Shown piece by piece: positions 19,612 to 29,703 of a stretch of DNA of 64,000 bases; position 1 is the first letter of the stretch, and the number at the start of each line of letters is the position of its first letter. Origin of the DNA: an uncultured Oscillibacter sp. (GTDB taxonomy: Bacteria; Bacillota; Clostridia; Oscillospirales; Oscillospiraceae). The position numbers were made by a program, and so were the translations under genes. The notes under the pieces were generated by a model. It searched no databases and was not told the origin of the DNA. It saw only the letters and a program-made list of their open reading frames with translations. The stretch is taken from the NCBI RefSeq assembly GCF_934574045.1, contig NZ_CAKTMK010000004.1. The stretch is one strand, 5' to 3'.

Positions 19612-20559
19612 GTGTACGTCGGCATCGACATCGGCGGAACGAATCTGAAGGCGGGGCTGGTGGACGGCGAGGGCCGTCTGCTGGCGGCGCGGCGGACGCC
19701 GCTGGGGCCGTTTCAGGGCGGGGAGTACTTCGTCCGACGGCTGGCGGAACTGACGGCGCAGGTGTGCCGGGACGGCGGCGTGCCGCCGGGAGAGCTGGAG
19801 TATGTGGGCATGGGCGTTCCCGGCGCGGTGGCCGGGAGCGAGATCGTGTACACCTGCAACATCCCGCTGAAAAACGTGCCGGTGGGGCGGCTGTTCAGCC
19901 AGTATCTGGACGTGCCGGTGCGGCTGGCCAACGACGCGGACTGCGCCGCCGTGGGCGAGTATTTCTGCGGCGCGGGCCGGGGCACGAAGCATTTCGCCGT
20001 GGTGACGCTGGGGACCGGCGTGGGCGGCGGCTTCATTCTGAACGGAAAGCTCTGCTCCGGCGGCGGCATGGCTGGCGAGGTGGGGCATATGGTGGTGGAG
20101 CGGGGCGGCGAGCCCTGCGCCTGCGGCCGCCGGGGCTGCTGGGAGGCATATGCCTCCGCCACGGCGCTGATCCGCATGACCAGAGAGACGATGGAACGGG
20201 AGCGGGACAGCCTTTTGTGGGAGGTCTCACAGGGCGGCGCCGCCGTCACCGGACGGACGGCCTTTGACGCGGCCCTGCGGGGCGACGGCGCGGCAAGGGC
20301 GCTCTGCCGCCGGTACGCGGAGTATGTGGCGGTGGGCGTCGTGAACCTGATGAACATTCTGCAGCCGGAGCGGCTGGCTCTCGGCGGCGGCGTGGGCGAG
20401 GCGGAGGACGAACTGCTGCTGACGCCGGTGCGGGAGATCGCGGCGCGGGAGAGCTACGCCGCCCGCTGCGGCGGCGCGCAGACCGAGGTGGTCCAGGCGG
20501 AGCTTGGAAACGACGCGGGCGTGATCGGCGCGGCGCTGCTGGGCCGCGCGGCGGAATAA
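19612..20559 (+). CDS. ROK family glucokinase
   Basis: MYVGIDIGGTNLKAGLVD... and the ROK zinc motif CACGRRGCWEAYAS. GTG start with AAAGGAGACGG RBS. Confidence 0.85.
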   Translation: MYVGIDIGGTNLKAGLVDGEGRLLAARRTPLGPFQGGEYFVRRLAELTAQVCRDGGVPPGELEYVGMGVPGAVAGSEIVYTCNIPLKNVPVGRLFSQYLDVPVRLANDADCAAVGEYFCGAGRGTKHFAVVTLGTGVGGGFILNGKLCSGGGMAGEVGHMVVERGGEPCACGRRGCWEAYASATALIRMTRETMERERDSLLWEVSQGGAAVTGRTAFDAALRGDGAARALCRRYAEYVAVGVVNLMNILQPERLALGGGVGEAEDELLLTPVREIAARESYAARCGGAQTEVVQAELGNDAGVIGAALLGRAAE

Positions 20560-20579
20560 CGGGAAATGGGAGGTCCTGC

Positions 20580-21500
20580 ATGGATTGGACGGAGGAGCTG
20601 GACAACTGGGCGGCGGAGTATCTGCCGGATCTGGAGCTGAGACGGGAGGAACCCATGAGCCGCCACACCTCGTTCCGCATCGGCGGACCGGCCCGGCGGA
20701 TGGCGTTCCCCAAAAGCGGTGAGCAGGTCGTGCTGCTGACGGACTTTGCCCGCCGGTGCGGTGCGCGGCCGCTGGTGATCGGGAACGGCACGAATCTGCT
20801 GGCCCCGGACGAGGGGCTGGACCGGCTGGTGATCGACGCTTCGGCGGGGCTGAACCGGCTGGAGCCGGGGCCGGAGCCGCGCTGCGTGACGGCGCAGGCG
20901 GGCGCTCCGCTGGCGCGGCTGGCGGACTTCGCCCAGAAGCGGGGCCTTGCCGGCCTTGCGTTTGCCCACGGCATTCCCGGCACGGTGGGCGGCGCGGTGT
21001 GCATGAACGCCGGGGCCTACGGCGGCGAGATGGCGCAGGTGATCCGCTCCGTGACGCTGCTGGACCCGGCGGAGGGCGTAAAGACCCTGACGGGGGAGCA
21101 GATGGACTTCGGCTACCGCCGCAGTGCGCTGACGGAGCATCCGGACTGGATCGTGCTGTCCGCTGTGTTCGCGCTGGAGGACGGCGACCCGGCGCAGATC
21201 CGGGCGGAGATGGACGCGCTGATGGCCCGGCGGCGGGCCAGCCAGCCGCTGGAGCTGCCCAGCGCGGGCAGCACCTTCAAGCGGCCGGAGGGCTATTTTG
21301 CCGGGACGCTGATCGACCAGTGCGGTCTCAAGGGACTGCGCGTGGGCGGCGCGCAGGTCAGCGAAAAGCACGCGGGCTTCGTCGTCAACCGCGGCGGGGC
21401 CACCTGCGCGGATGTGACGGCGCTGATCGCGCAGGTGCAGGCGCGGGTACTGGAAAAAACGGGCGTCCGGCTGGAGCCGGAGGTCAGGATCGTCCGGTAA
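20580..21500 (+). CDS. murB: UDP-N-acetylenolpyruvoylglucosamine reductase
   Basis: FAD-binding N-terminus (HTSFRIGGPA) and MurB C-terminal motifs (SAGSTFKRP, GGAQVSEKHAGFVVN). Confidence 0.9.
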   Translation: MDWTEELDNWAAEYLPDLELRREEPMSRHTSFRIGGPARRMAFPKSGEQVVLLTDFARRCGARPLVIGNGTNLLAPDEGLDRLVIDASAGLNRLEPGPEPRCVTAQAGAPLARLADFAQKRGLAGLAFAHGIPGTVGGAVCMNAGAYGGEMAQVIRSVTLLDPAEGVKTLTGEQMDFGYRRSALTEHPDWIVLSAVFALEDGDPAQIRAEMDALMARRRASQPLELPSAGSTFKRPEGYFAGTLIDQCGLKGLRVGGAQVSEKHAGFVVNRGGATCADVTALIAQVQARVLEKTGVRLEPEVRIVR

Positions 21501-21533
21501 GGCCGGACGGGGAGAGAGAAACGGAGCATTTGC

Positions 21534-22394
21534 ATGGAGATCTTGATTATTTCCGGGCTGTCCGGAGCGGGGAAGAGCAAGGCTGCCTCCTTTCTGGAGG
21601 ACATCGGCTTTTATATCGTGGACAATATGCCGGCGGCCATGATTTTGAAATTCGCGGAATTCTGTGCCGGGGGCAACGGACGCTACGACCGGGTGGCACT
21701 GGTGTACGACGTGCGCACGGCGGAGTCCTTCACAGAGCTGTTCGATGTGCTCGACAAGCTGCGGGGCATGGGCGGCGTGTGCCGGATGCTGTTTTTGCAG
21801 GCGTCGCCGGAGACCGTTATCAAGCGGTATAAGGAGACGCGGCGGCGCCACCCCCTCAGCGCCGGGGCCGACACGCTGGAGGAGGCCGTCCGCCGGGAGG
21901 CGGAGGTCATGCGCCCCGTGCGGGAGCGGGCGGACTATGTGATCGACACCAGCAGTCTGTCCACCGCCCAGCTCCGGGCGGAGATCCTGCGCCTGTTCAG
22001 CGGCAAGGACGAGAAGGCGGGCATGACCGTGGCGGTCACGTCCTTCGGTTTCAAGTACGGCCTGCCGCTGGAGGCGGATCTGGTGCTGGACGTGCGGTTC
22101 ATGCCCAATCCCTTTTACATCGAGACGCTGCGCCGCAAGACAGGGTTGGACAAGGCGGTGTCGGACTACGTATTTTCGTTCCAGCAGACGCGGGACTTTC
22201 TGGAAAAGCTGGAGGATCTTCTGAAGCTGACGCTGCCGCTGTACGCCGAGGAGGGCAAGACCAGCCTGACCATCGCCGTGGGCTGCACCGGCGGACAGCA
22301 CCGCTCCGTGGCCATCGCCCACGCGCTGACAGCGTTCGTGCAGGAGCAGGGCTATCCGGTGACGGAGTATCACCGAGATATGCCCCGCGGCTGA
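21534..22394 (+). CDS. rapZ: RNase adapter protein RapZ (YvcJ)
   Basis: MEILIISGLSGAGKS P-loop. Conserved rapZ-yvcK-whiA synteny. Confidence 0.9.
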   Translation: MEILIISGLSGAGKSKAASFLEDIGFYIVDNMPAAMILKFAEFCAGGNGRYDRVALVYDVRTAESFTELFDVLDKLRGMGGVCRMLFLQASPETVIKRYKETRRRHPLSAGADTLEEAVRREAEVMRPVRERADYVIDTSSLSTAQLRAEILRLFSGKDEKAGMTVAVTSFGFKYGLPLEADLVLDVRFMPNPFYIETLRRKTGLDKAVSDYVFSFQQTRDFLEKLEDLLKLTLPLYAEEGKTSLTIAVGCTGGQHRSVAIAHALTAFVQEQGYPVTEYHRDMPRG

Positions 22395-22413
22395 GAGCGC
22401 GGAAGGGAGGACC

Positions 22414-23484
22414 ATGGAACGTCAACGGGCATCCTATCGCCTGCCCCGGGCGCGGGGACCGCGGATCGCCGCCATCGGCGGCGGACACGGCCTTTCCACC
22501 ATGCTGCGGGGATTGAAGCAGTACACGGAAAATATCACCGCCATTGTCACGGTGGCGGACGACGGCGGCGGCTCCGGCATGCTGCGCCACGATCTTGGGA
22601 TGCCTCCGCCGGGGGACATCCGCAATTGTCTGGAGGCGCTGGCCAACACGGAGCCGCTGATGGCCGAACTGCTGCACTACCGCTTTTCCGACGGGACGCT
22701 GGCGGGCCAGAGCTTCGGCAACCTGTTCCTCGCGGCGCTCAACGGCATCTCGCCCTCCTTCGATCAGGCGGTGACCCGCATGAGCGAGGTGCTGGCCATC
22801 ACGGGGCGGGTCCTGCCCGTCACGAATGCCAACGTACAGCTGGAGGCCGAGTTTGAAAACGGCGTCCGGGTGGTGGGCGAGTCCAAGATCTTCTGCTGCA
22901 AAAAGGAGCAGGACTGCCGCATCCGGCAGGTCCGGCTCCTGCCGGAGCACCCCCGGGCGCTCCGCGCGGCGGCGGAGGCCATCGAGAACGCGGACATGGT
23001 GGTGCTGGGGCCGGGGAGCCTGTACACCAGCATCATCCCCAACCTGCTGGTGGACGGCATCGTGGAGGCTATTCAGGCGTCCGACGGGCTGAAGGTCTAC
23101 GTCTGCAACGTGATGACCCAGGAGGGGGAGACGGAGGGCTATACCGCCGCCGACCACATCGCGGCGCTGTTCAAGCACTCCGTGCCGGGGCTGTTCAGCC
23201 TGTGCCTGACCAATTCCTCGCCCATCCCCCGGGGCGTCGCCGCGCGGTACGCCGAGGAGGGCGCGGAGCTGATCCGCTGCGACCGGGAGCGGTGCGCCGA
23301 GCTGGGCGTGGAGATCGTGAACCGGCCGGTGGCCACAGTGGAAAACGGCTTTGTCCGCCACGAGCCGGGCCATCTCGCCCGGGAGCTGATCCTGCTCCAC
23401 GCGGAGCGCAGCGTCCGCATCGCGGGCGCCGGCTCGGCCGGGGACTTTTACCGGGTGGAGCAGCCCGGCGGCCGCGGCCGCTGA
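22414..23484 (+). CDS. yvcK: gluconeogenesis factor YvcK (UPF0052/CofD-like)
   Basis: IAAIGGGHGLSTMLRGLK..ITAIVTVADDGGGSG motifs. Confidence 0.9.
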   Translation: MERQRASYRLPRARGPRIAAIGGGHGLSTMLRGLKQYTENITAIVTVADDGGGSGMLRHDLGMPPPGDIRNCLEALANTEPLMAELLHYRFSDGTLAGQSFGNLFLAALNGISPSFDQAVTRMSEVLAITGRVLPVTNANVQLEAEFENGVRVVGESKIFCCKKEQDCRIRQVRLLPEHPRALRAAAEAIENADMVVLGPGSLYTSIIPNLLVDGIVEAIQASDGLKVYVCNVMTQEGETEGYTAADHIAALFKHSVPGLFSLCLTNSSPIPRGVAARYAEEGAELIRCDRERCAELGVEIVNRPVATVENGFVRHEPGHLARELILLHAERSVRIAGAGSAGDFYRVEQPGGRGR

Positions 23485-23538
23485 ATCGGTTTACATAAGA
23501 TATAGACCGCGCGCCGCGCGGAACGGAAGGAGAGCGGG

Positions 23539-24465
23539 ATGTCCTTTTCCTACGAAGTGAAAAACGAGCTTTGCCGTCTGGAGGTCCAGCGGCACTGCTG
23601 CGCCCGGGCGGAGGCTTACGGCATCCTGCTCTACTGCAACACCTTCAACTCCGGCGAGGTGCGCATCGTCACGGAAAATCCCAACTTTGCCACGCGTCTG
23701 CCCCGGCTGTTCCAGCGGGCGTTCCGCATCCAGTTCGACCGCCGTCCAGAGCCGGACACGCCGGGAAAGCTGGTCTTTCAGATCACGGAGCCGGAAAAGC
23801 TGGACCACATCATCGACGCGCTGGGCTACGCGCCGGAGCAGAATCTGGTGCTGCACATCAACTTCGGCCTGCTGGAGGAGGAGTGCTGCCGGGGGGCGTT
23901 CCTGCGGGGCGTATTCTTTGCAGGGGGCAGCGTCACGGACCCGCACAAGCGGTATCATCTGGAGCTGGCCACGTCCCATCTTCAGGTCAGCCGGGAGCTG
24001 GACTCCCTCCTGCGGGACAACGGCTTTCCGCCCAAGAGCGTGAGCCGGAACGGGAGCTGCATCACCTACTTCAAGCAGAGCGACCAGATCGAGGACTTCC
24101 TCACCCGCATCGGCGCGCCGGTGGCGGCGATGCACGTGATGGACGCGAAGATGGAAAAGGACCTGCGCAACAGCGTCAACCGCCGCCTGAACTGCGACAA
24201 CGCCAATCTGGACAAGGCGGTGGACGCGGCGCTGGAGCAGATCGACGCCATCCGGCGGTTGGAGCGCACGGGGCGGCTGGACAAGCTGCCCGAGCGCCTG
24301 CGCCAGACGGCGGCGGCCCGGCTGAAAAATCCGGAGCTGAGCCTTTCGGAGCTGGCGGCGGGCTTTACCCCGGAGATCACCAAGTCCTGTCTGAATCACC
24401 GGCTGCGCAAGCTGATGGAGCTGGCGAGGGCCGTTCCGCCGGAGGATGGGGAGCGCGAAGCATGA
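23539..24465 (+). CDS. whiA: DNA-binding protein WhiA
   Basis: MSFSYEVKNELCR... with LAGLIDG-like repeats and a C-terminal HTH, 308 aa. Confidence 0.9.
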   Translation: MSFSYEVKNELCRLEVQRHCCARAEAYGILLYCNTFNSGEVRIVTENPNFATRLPRLFQRAFRIQFDRRPEPDTPGKLVFQITEPEKLDHIIDALGYAPEQNLVLHINFGLLEEECCRGAFLRGVFFAGGSVTDPHKRYHLELATSHLQVSRELDSLLRDNGFPPKSVSRNGSCITYFKQSDQIEDFLTRIGAPVAAMHVMDAKMEKDLRNSVNRRLNCDNANLDKAVDAALEQIDAIRRLERTGRLDKLPERLRQTAAARLKNPELSLSELAAGFTPEITKSCLNHRLRKLMELARAVPPEDGEREA

Positions 24466-25082
24466 AAAAGCGGATCATCGACATGGAAAAGGACCCCCGG
24501 CGGGAGCAGTACGCTTACTTCGCGCCGCTGCGCGACCCCTATGTGGGCGTGACCTGCCGGGTGGACGCCGCCGGCTGGCAGAAGCGGCGGACGGCCTCCG
24601 GCGCGCCGGTCTTTCTGTCGCTGGCATATGAGATCCTTGCGGCGGCCAACTCCGTCCCGGAGCTTCGGCGGCGGATCGAAAACGGGCAGGTGGTGGAGTA
24701 CGACCGGTGCCGCTGCTCCTGCACCGTGGCAAAGCCGGACGGGGCCTACGCTTACTGCACACTGGACTGCACGCTGCCGTGGGACGCGTTCCTGAAGGAG
24801 GGGCGCGAACGGCTGGCGGAGGCCCGCAGCGGCGGGACCATGGGGGAGGACGGCGAGAGCGGCGAATACTTTTTCGTCTCCTGCGTTCCGTGGCTGGACT
24901 ATACGTCCATGGTCCAGCCCGTGCCGGAGCCGCCGGTCAGCAACGTGCGGCTGGCGTGGGGAAAATGCGTGACGGAAAACGGGAAAACCAGCCTGCCGGT
25001 GACGATCGTGGCGCATCACGCGCTGGCGGACGGCATCCATCTGGCGGCGTTTTTTGACGAACTGAAGCGGCGGCTGGGCTGA
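24462..25082 (+). CDS. chloramphenicol O-acetyltransferase (CAT type A) family protein
   Basis: C-terminal catalytic motif VTIVAHHALADGIHLAAFFDELK matches the CAT HHAVCDG region. The ATG overlaps the whiA stop (ATGA). Track ORF 23571..25082 is an artefactual long frame crossing whiA. Confidence 0.8.
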   Translation: MKKRIIDMEKDPRREQYAYFAPLRDPYVGVTCRVDAAGWQKRRTASGAPVFLSLAYEILAAANSVPELRRRIENGQVVEYDRCRCSCTVAKPDGAYAYCTLDCTLPWDAFLKEGRERLAEARSGGTMGEDGESGEYFFVSCVPWLDYTSMVQPVPEPPVSNVRLAWGKCVTENGKTSLPVTIVAHHALADGIHLAAFFDELKRRLG

Positions 25083-25116
25083 GCCGCGTAAGAACGAACG
25101 AAAGAGGGAGACGGAT

Positions 25117-25560
25117 ATGGACCGCTGCGAACGCGCGATCGAATATCACAAGCGGGGCTGCAACTGCAGCCAGTCGGTGCTGGCGGCCTTCGCCGACCTG
25201 ACGGGACTGGGCGAGGCGGGGAGCCTTGCCATTGCCGGGGGCTTCGGCGGCGGCTCGGGAACGGGCGAGCTGTGCGGCGCCATCGCCGGGGCGGTGATGA
25301 CGCTCTCCCAGCTCTATCCCGCCACCATCGAGGACCCGGTGAACGGCAAAAAGCGGGCGGTGGGCCTCGCGCGGGAGTTCCAGCGTCGGTTCGCCCGGCG
25401 CTTCGGCCATCTGCGCTGCGCCGACCTGCTGCCGGAGAAGTACCAGCCGGACGAAAACACGCCCGCCGCGCTGCGGCTGGGTCTGACGAATCACTGCGAG
25501 ATCATGATCGCCACCGCGGTGGAGATCGTGGAGGAGATGCTCTCGGAGCAGGCGGCCTGA
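25117..25560 (+). CDS. C_GCAxxG_C_C family (putative redox-active) protein
   Basis: HKRGCNCSQSVLAAF... fits the family motif C-GC(A/N)xxG... and ...HCEIM. Confidence 0.8.
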   Translation: MDRCERAIEYHKRGCNCSQSVLAAFADLTGLGEAGSLAIAGGFGGGSGTGELCGAIAGAVMTLSQLYPATIEDPVNGKKRAVGLAREFQRRFARRFGHLRCADLLPEKYQPDENTPAALRLGLTNHCEIMIATAVEIVEEMLSEQAA

Positions 25561-25591
25561 GGGCCGGAGATCACCCGAAAAGGAGCGAGCC

Positions 25592-28500
25592 ATGTCCTTT
25601 GTCCATTTACACGTGCATACGGAGTTCAGCCTGCTGGACGGCGCGTGCCGCATCAAGGAGCTGCCCGGCGTTCTGAAGGAGCTGGGGCAGGACGCCTGCG
25701 CCATCACCGACCACGGCGTGATGTACGGCGCGATCGACTTTTACCGCGCCTGCAAGGCGGAGGGGATCAAGCCCATTATCGGCTGCGAGGTTTACGTAAC
25801 GCCGCGGGGCCGCACCCGTTTTCAAAAGCAGCACGAGTTCGACGCGGAGAGCCGGCATCTGGTGCTGCTGTGCGAAAATGAGGAGGGCTACCGCAACCTC
25901 TCCTACATGGTCTCCATGGCGTGGACGGAGGGGTTTTACATCAAGCCCCGGGTGGACATAGAGCTGCTGCGGGCGCACCACGGCGGGCTGATTGCCCTGT
26001 CGGCCTGCCTTGCCGGGGAGATCCCCCGGCGGCTGCGCAACGGGGAGTATGAGACGGCCAAGGCCGCGGCGCTGGAGATGGCGGAGCTGTTCGGCCCGGA
26101 GCACTTCTATCTGGAGGTGCAGGACCACGGCATCCCGGACCAGCAGACGGTGAACCGGGGCATTCTGAAGCTCCATCAGGAGACGGGCCTGCCCATGGTC
26201 TGCACCAACGACGCACACTACCTGCGCGCCTCGGACGCGGAGGCCCACGACGTGCTGCTGTGCATCCAGACGGGCAGGCAGCTTGCCGACGAGAACCGGA
26301 TGCGGTACGAGCCGCGTAATTTCTACCTCCGGTCCGAGGAGGAGATGCGCCGCCTGTTCGCCGCTTATGAGGACGCGGTGGACAACACCGGGCGCATCGC
26401 CCAGCGGTGCAATGTGGAATTCGTGTTCGGCAAGTATCAGCTCCCGGAATTCAAGCTGCCGGAGGGGTACGACTCCTATACCTATCTGAAGGAGCTTTGC
26501 GCCGCGGGCTTTGACGAGCGGTACGGCGGCGCGCACCCGGAGTACCGGGAGCAGCTTCAATACGAGCTGGAAATGATCGAGAAAATGGGCTTTACGGACT
26601 ATTTCCTCATCGTCTCCGACTTCGTGCGCTACGCAAAGAGCGCGGGCATCCCCGTCGGCCCCGGCCGCGGCAGCGCCGCCGGGAGCATGGTGAGCTACTG
26701 TCTGCACATCACGGACATCGAGCCGATGCGCTTCGGGCTGTATTTCGAGCGGTTCCTGAACCCGGAGCGGGTCAGCATGCCGGATATCGACATGGACTTC
26801 GGCGACGTGCGCCGGGGCGAAGTGGTGGACTACGTCCGCCGGAAGTACGGCGACGACCACGTGGCCCAGATCGTCACCTTCGGCACCATGGCGGCCCGGG
26901 GCGTGATCCGGGACGTGGGCCGAGTAATGGGCATTCCGTACGCCGAGGTGGACGCCATCGCCAAGCAGGTCCCCGGCGGCCCCGGCGCGCTGCACATCAC
27001 GCTCAGCGACGCGCTGCGGCTGAGCAAGCCCCTGCGGGACCTCTACGAAAACGACGAGACGGTCAAAAAGCTGATCGACACGGCGCAGAAGCTGGAGGGG
27101 ATGCCCCGCAACGCCTCCACCCACGCCGCGGGCGTGGTCATCACGAAAAAGCCCGTGTACGAGTACGTTCCGCTGGCGAAAAACGACGACGCGGTGGTCT
27201 GCCAGTACATCATGACCACGCTGGAGGAGCTGGGGCTGCTCAAGATGGACTTCCTGGGCCTGCGGAACCTGACGGTGCTGGACGACGCGGTGAAGATGGT
27301 CCGGGCGGAGCATCCGGACTTCCGGCTGGAGGACATCCCGGAGGACGACGCGCCCACCTATGAGATGCTGGGGCAGGGCAAGACCGTGGGCGTGTTCCAG
27401 ATGGAGTCCGCCGGAATGACCGGCGTGTGCGTAGGGCTAAAGCCCCGCAGCATCGAGGACATCTCCTCCATCATCGCGCTCTACCGTCCCGGCCCCATGG
27501 ATTCCATCCCCAAATTCATCGCCTGCGCGCAGGACCCGAAGAAGATCACGTACCTCCACCCGTCGCTGGAGCCGATCCTCTCCATCACCTACGGCTGCAT
27601 CCTCTATCAGGAGCAGGTCATCGAGATCTTCCGCCGCCTCGCGGGCTATTCGCTGGGGCAGGCGGACATGGTGCGCCGCGCCATCTCCAAGAAAAAGGCT
27701 GCCCAGATCGAGCGGGAAAAGGACGCGTTCATCCACGGCGACCCGGCACGCAGCATCGCCGGCTGCGTGGCCAACGGCATCCCGGAGGCCACGGCGCAGG
27801 CCATCTATCAGGACATCTACGATTTTGCCAACTACGCTTTCAACAAGGCCCACTCGGTGGCTTACGCCGTGGTGGCCTATCAGACGGCGTACTTCAAGTG
27901 CCACTTCCCGAAGGAGTACATGGCGGCGCTGCTGACCAGCGTGCTGGAAAACTCCGCCAAGATCGCGGGGTATATCACCGAGTGCCGGGACTGCGGCATC
28001 CGGCTCCTGCCGCCGGACATCAACCGCTCCTGCGACGTGTTCACGGTGGAGGAGGGCGGCATCCGCTTCGGCCTTGCCGCCGTGAAGAATATCGGCAGAG
28101 GGTTCATTCAGGCCGTGATGCGGGAGCGGGAGGAGCGGCCCTTCGTCTCACTGAGCGACTTCTGCCGCCGGATGAACGGCGGGGACATCAACAAGCGGGC
28201 CGTGGAGAACCTGATCCGCTCCGGCGCGTTTGACGGCTTCGGCGCGAAGCGCTCCCAGCTCATCCGGGTGTATGAGACGGTGATGGACTCCATCGCCAGC
28301 GCCAGCCGCCAGAACGTGGAGGGCCAGATCGACTTTTTCTCCATGAACGCGTCCTCCGCGGCGGAGCCGCCGCAGGAGGTCGAGCTGCCGGACATCCCGG
28401 AGTATTCGCCCCAGGAGCTGATGAATATGGAGAAGGAAACCACGGGCCTCTATCTCTCCGGCCACCCCATGGACCAGTACCGGGAGGAGGTGCGGCGGCT

Positions 28501-29083
28501 GAACGTGCCGTCCATCGCCGCCATTCTGGACGATTTTGCGCAGGAGGGCGGCCCCGTCCGCTTCGCGGACGGGCAGCGCATCCAGATCGCGGGCGTTGTG
28601 ACCTCCAGCAAGACCAAGACCACGAAGAACAACTCCCTCATGGCCTACGTGACGGTGGAGGACGACACCGCCGCCATCGAGCTTTTGTGCTTTGCCCGGA
28701 CGCTGGACACCTGCGGCCCCTGCCTTCAGGAGAATCAGGCCGTGGCCGTGCGGGGAAAGCTGTCCGTCCGGGACGAAAAGGCACCCCAGATCCTGTGCGA
28801 CTACGCCGAGCCGCTGGGCGGCGCCACAGGCGCTCCGACCGCCCCATCCCGGCAGGCGGCGGCGCCCGCCGCGGGCAGCGTGCTGTATCTCAAGCTCCCC
28901 GGACTGGACAGCCCGGAGCTACGCCACATGAAGCTGGTGTTTCAGATGTTCCCCGGCGAAACGCCGGTAAAGCTGGTCATGGCGGACACCCGCAAGGTGT
29001 TCGGCACGCGGCTGCTGCTCCATCCCGCCCTGCTGCGGGAGGCCCGGGAGACGCTGGGCGAGGAGAACGTGGTCGTCAAGTGA
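25592..29083 (+). CDS. dnaE: DNA polymerase III subunit alpha (DnaE-type)
   Basis: 1163 aa. PHP N-terminus MSFVHLHVHTEFSLLDGA, polymerase core, C-terminal OB fold. Confidence 0.95.
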   Translation: MSFVHLHVHTEFSLLDGACRIKELPGVLKELGQDACAITDHGVMYGAIDFYRACKAEGIKPIIGCEVYVTPRGRTRFQKQHEFDAESRHLVLLCENEEGYRNLSYMVSMAWTEGFYIKPRVDIELLRAHHGGLIALSACLAGEIPRRLRNGEYETAKAAALEMAELFGPEHFYLEVQDHGIPDQQTVNRGILKLHQETGLPMVCTNDAHYLRASDAEAHDVLLCIQTGRQLADENRMRYEPRNFYLRSEEEMRRLFAAYEDAVDNTGRIAQRCNVEFVFGKYQLPEFKLPEGYDSYTYLKELCAAGFDERYGGAHPEYREQLQYELEMIEKMGFTDYFLIVSDFVRYAKSAGIPVGPGRGSAAGSMVSYCLHITDIEPMRFGLYFERFLNPERVSMPDIDMDFGDVRRGEVVDYVRRKYGDDHVAQIVTFGTMAARGVIRDVGRVMGIPYAEVDAIAKQVPGGPGALHITLSDALRLSKPLRDLYENDETVKKLIDTAQKLEGMPRNASTHAAGVVITKKPVYEYVPLAKNDDAVVCQYIMTTLEELGLLKMDFLGLRNLTVLDDAVKMVRAEHPDFRLEDIPEDDAPTYEMLGQGKTVGVFQMESAGMTGVCVGLKPRSIEDISSIIALYRPGPMDSIPKFIACAQDPKKITYLHPSLEPILSITYGCILYQEQVIEIFRRLAGYSLGQADMVRRAISKKKAAQIEREKDAFIHGDPARSIAGCVANGIPEATAQAIYQDIYDFANYAFNKAHSVAYAVVAYQTAYFKCHFPKEYMAALLTSVLENSAKIAGYITECRDCGIRLLPPDINRSCDVFTVEEGGIRFGLAAVKNIGRGFIQAVMREREERPFVSLSDFCRRMNGGDINKRAVENLIRSGAFDGFGAKRSQLIRVYETVMDSIASASRQNVEGQIDFFSMNASSAAEPPQEVELPDIPEYSPQELMNMEKETTGLYLSGHPMDQYREEVRRLNVPSIAAILDDFAQEGGPVRFADGQRIQIAGVVTSSKTKTTKNNSLMAYVTVEDDTAAIELLCFARTLDTCGPCLQENQAVAVRGKLSVRDEKAPQILCDYAEPLGGATGAPTAPSRQAAAPAAGSVLYLKLPGLDSPELRHMKLVFQMFPGETPVKLVMADTRKVFGTRLLLHPALLREARETLGEENVVVK

Positions 29084-29139
29084 AAAAAGCTCCCTCCGTG
29101 AGGACAGCGGCGCATGAGACAAGCTTCACATTTTAAGAG

Positions 29140-29180
29140 AGAACAGCGTGGCGGAAGTCACGCTGTTCTGCTTTTTGCTG
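29140..29180 (+). terminator. rho-independent terminator after dnaE
   Basis: Stem agaacagcgtg/acgctgttct followed by GCTTTTTGCTG. Confidence 0.85.
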
Positions 29181-29533
29181 CGTGGTTGGCCGTCTCGGAA
29201 AGAATGCCTTGGGGCGGAAAACCGATATAGGCGGGGCTGATATTCACATCCTGCGCCTGATGCCCGCTGCGCTTGCCGGGAGCACAGACATACATTTTGT
29301 TCACAAGATCATGCAGCACGGCGGGCGTCAGCGCCTGCAAATCAGGATAGCTGCATTGAAAGACCCAGTAAGACGCAAGCTGAAAACGGCGCTTATCTGC
29401 CTTATGAACCGCATTTGTGCAGAGACATGAACTCATACATTCTCGTCTTTTCGCACGATTTACAGGCAAAATGCTCCTTGATTTTCAACCTCGGATCATG
29501 TACAGGTCCATTGTAAAGACCAACACAAACGCA

Positions 29534-29570
29534 AAGGGTATGTGCCGTTAAGGCACATACCCTTTTGTCA
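29534..29570. terminator. strong hairpin with flanking T/A-rich runs; possible bidirectional terminator (metA on minus; unknown transcript on plus)
   Basis: Stem aagggtatgtgcc/ggcacataccctt around loop GTTAA, followed by TTTTGT on plus and preceded by a poly-A-containing tract. Confidence 0.5.
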
Positions 29571-29703
29571 GCGCCCCCTGTCCGGCAGCTGCCATAATAT
29601 TTGCTTCTGAAAACCTGTTTTATGGACAGCTGCCCGAGGAGGGAGCTTTTTGCGTCTAATTGCGGGAGGCGTCCGGTCATGGGGCGGCGGGCCGGGGAAC
29701 CGC

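Noticed and set aside
29180-29650. Possibility that the low-GC dnaE-metA spacer encodes RNase P RNA, SRP RNA or 6S RNA
   Set aside because: None of the universally conserved motifs were found: GGAAAGUCCGG and AGGGUGAAANGGUGCGGUAAGAGCGCACC for RNase P, or the GUCAGGUCCGGAAGGAAGCAGC domain IV for SRP. The region is kept only as an unclassified sRNA or remnant candidate.
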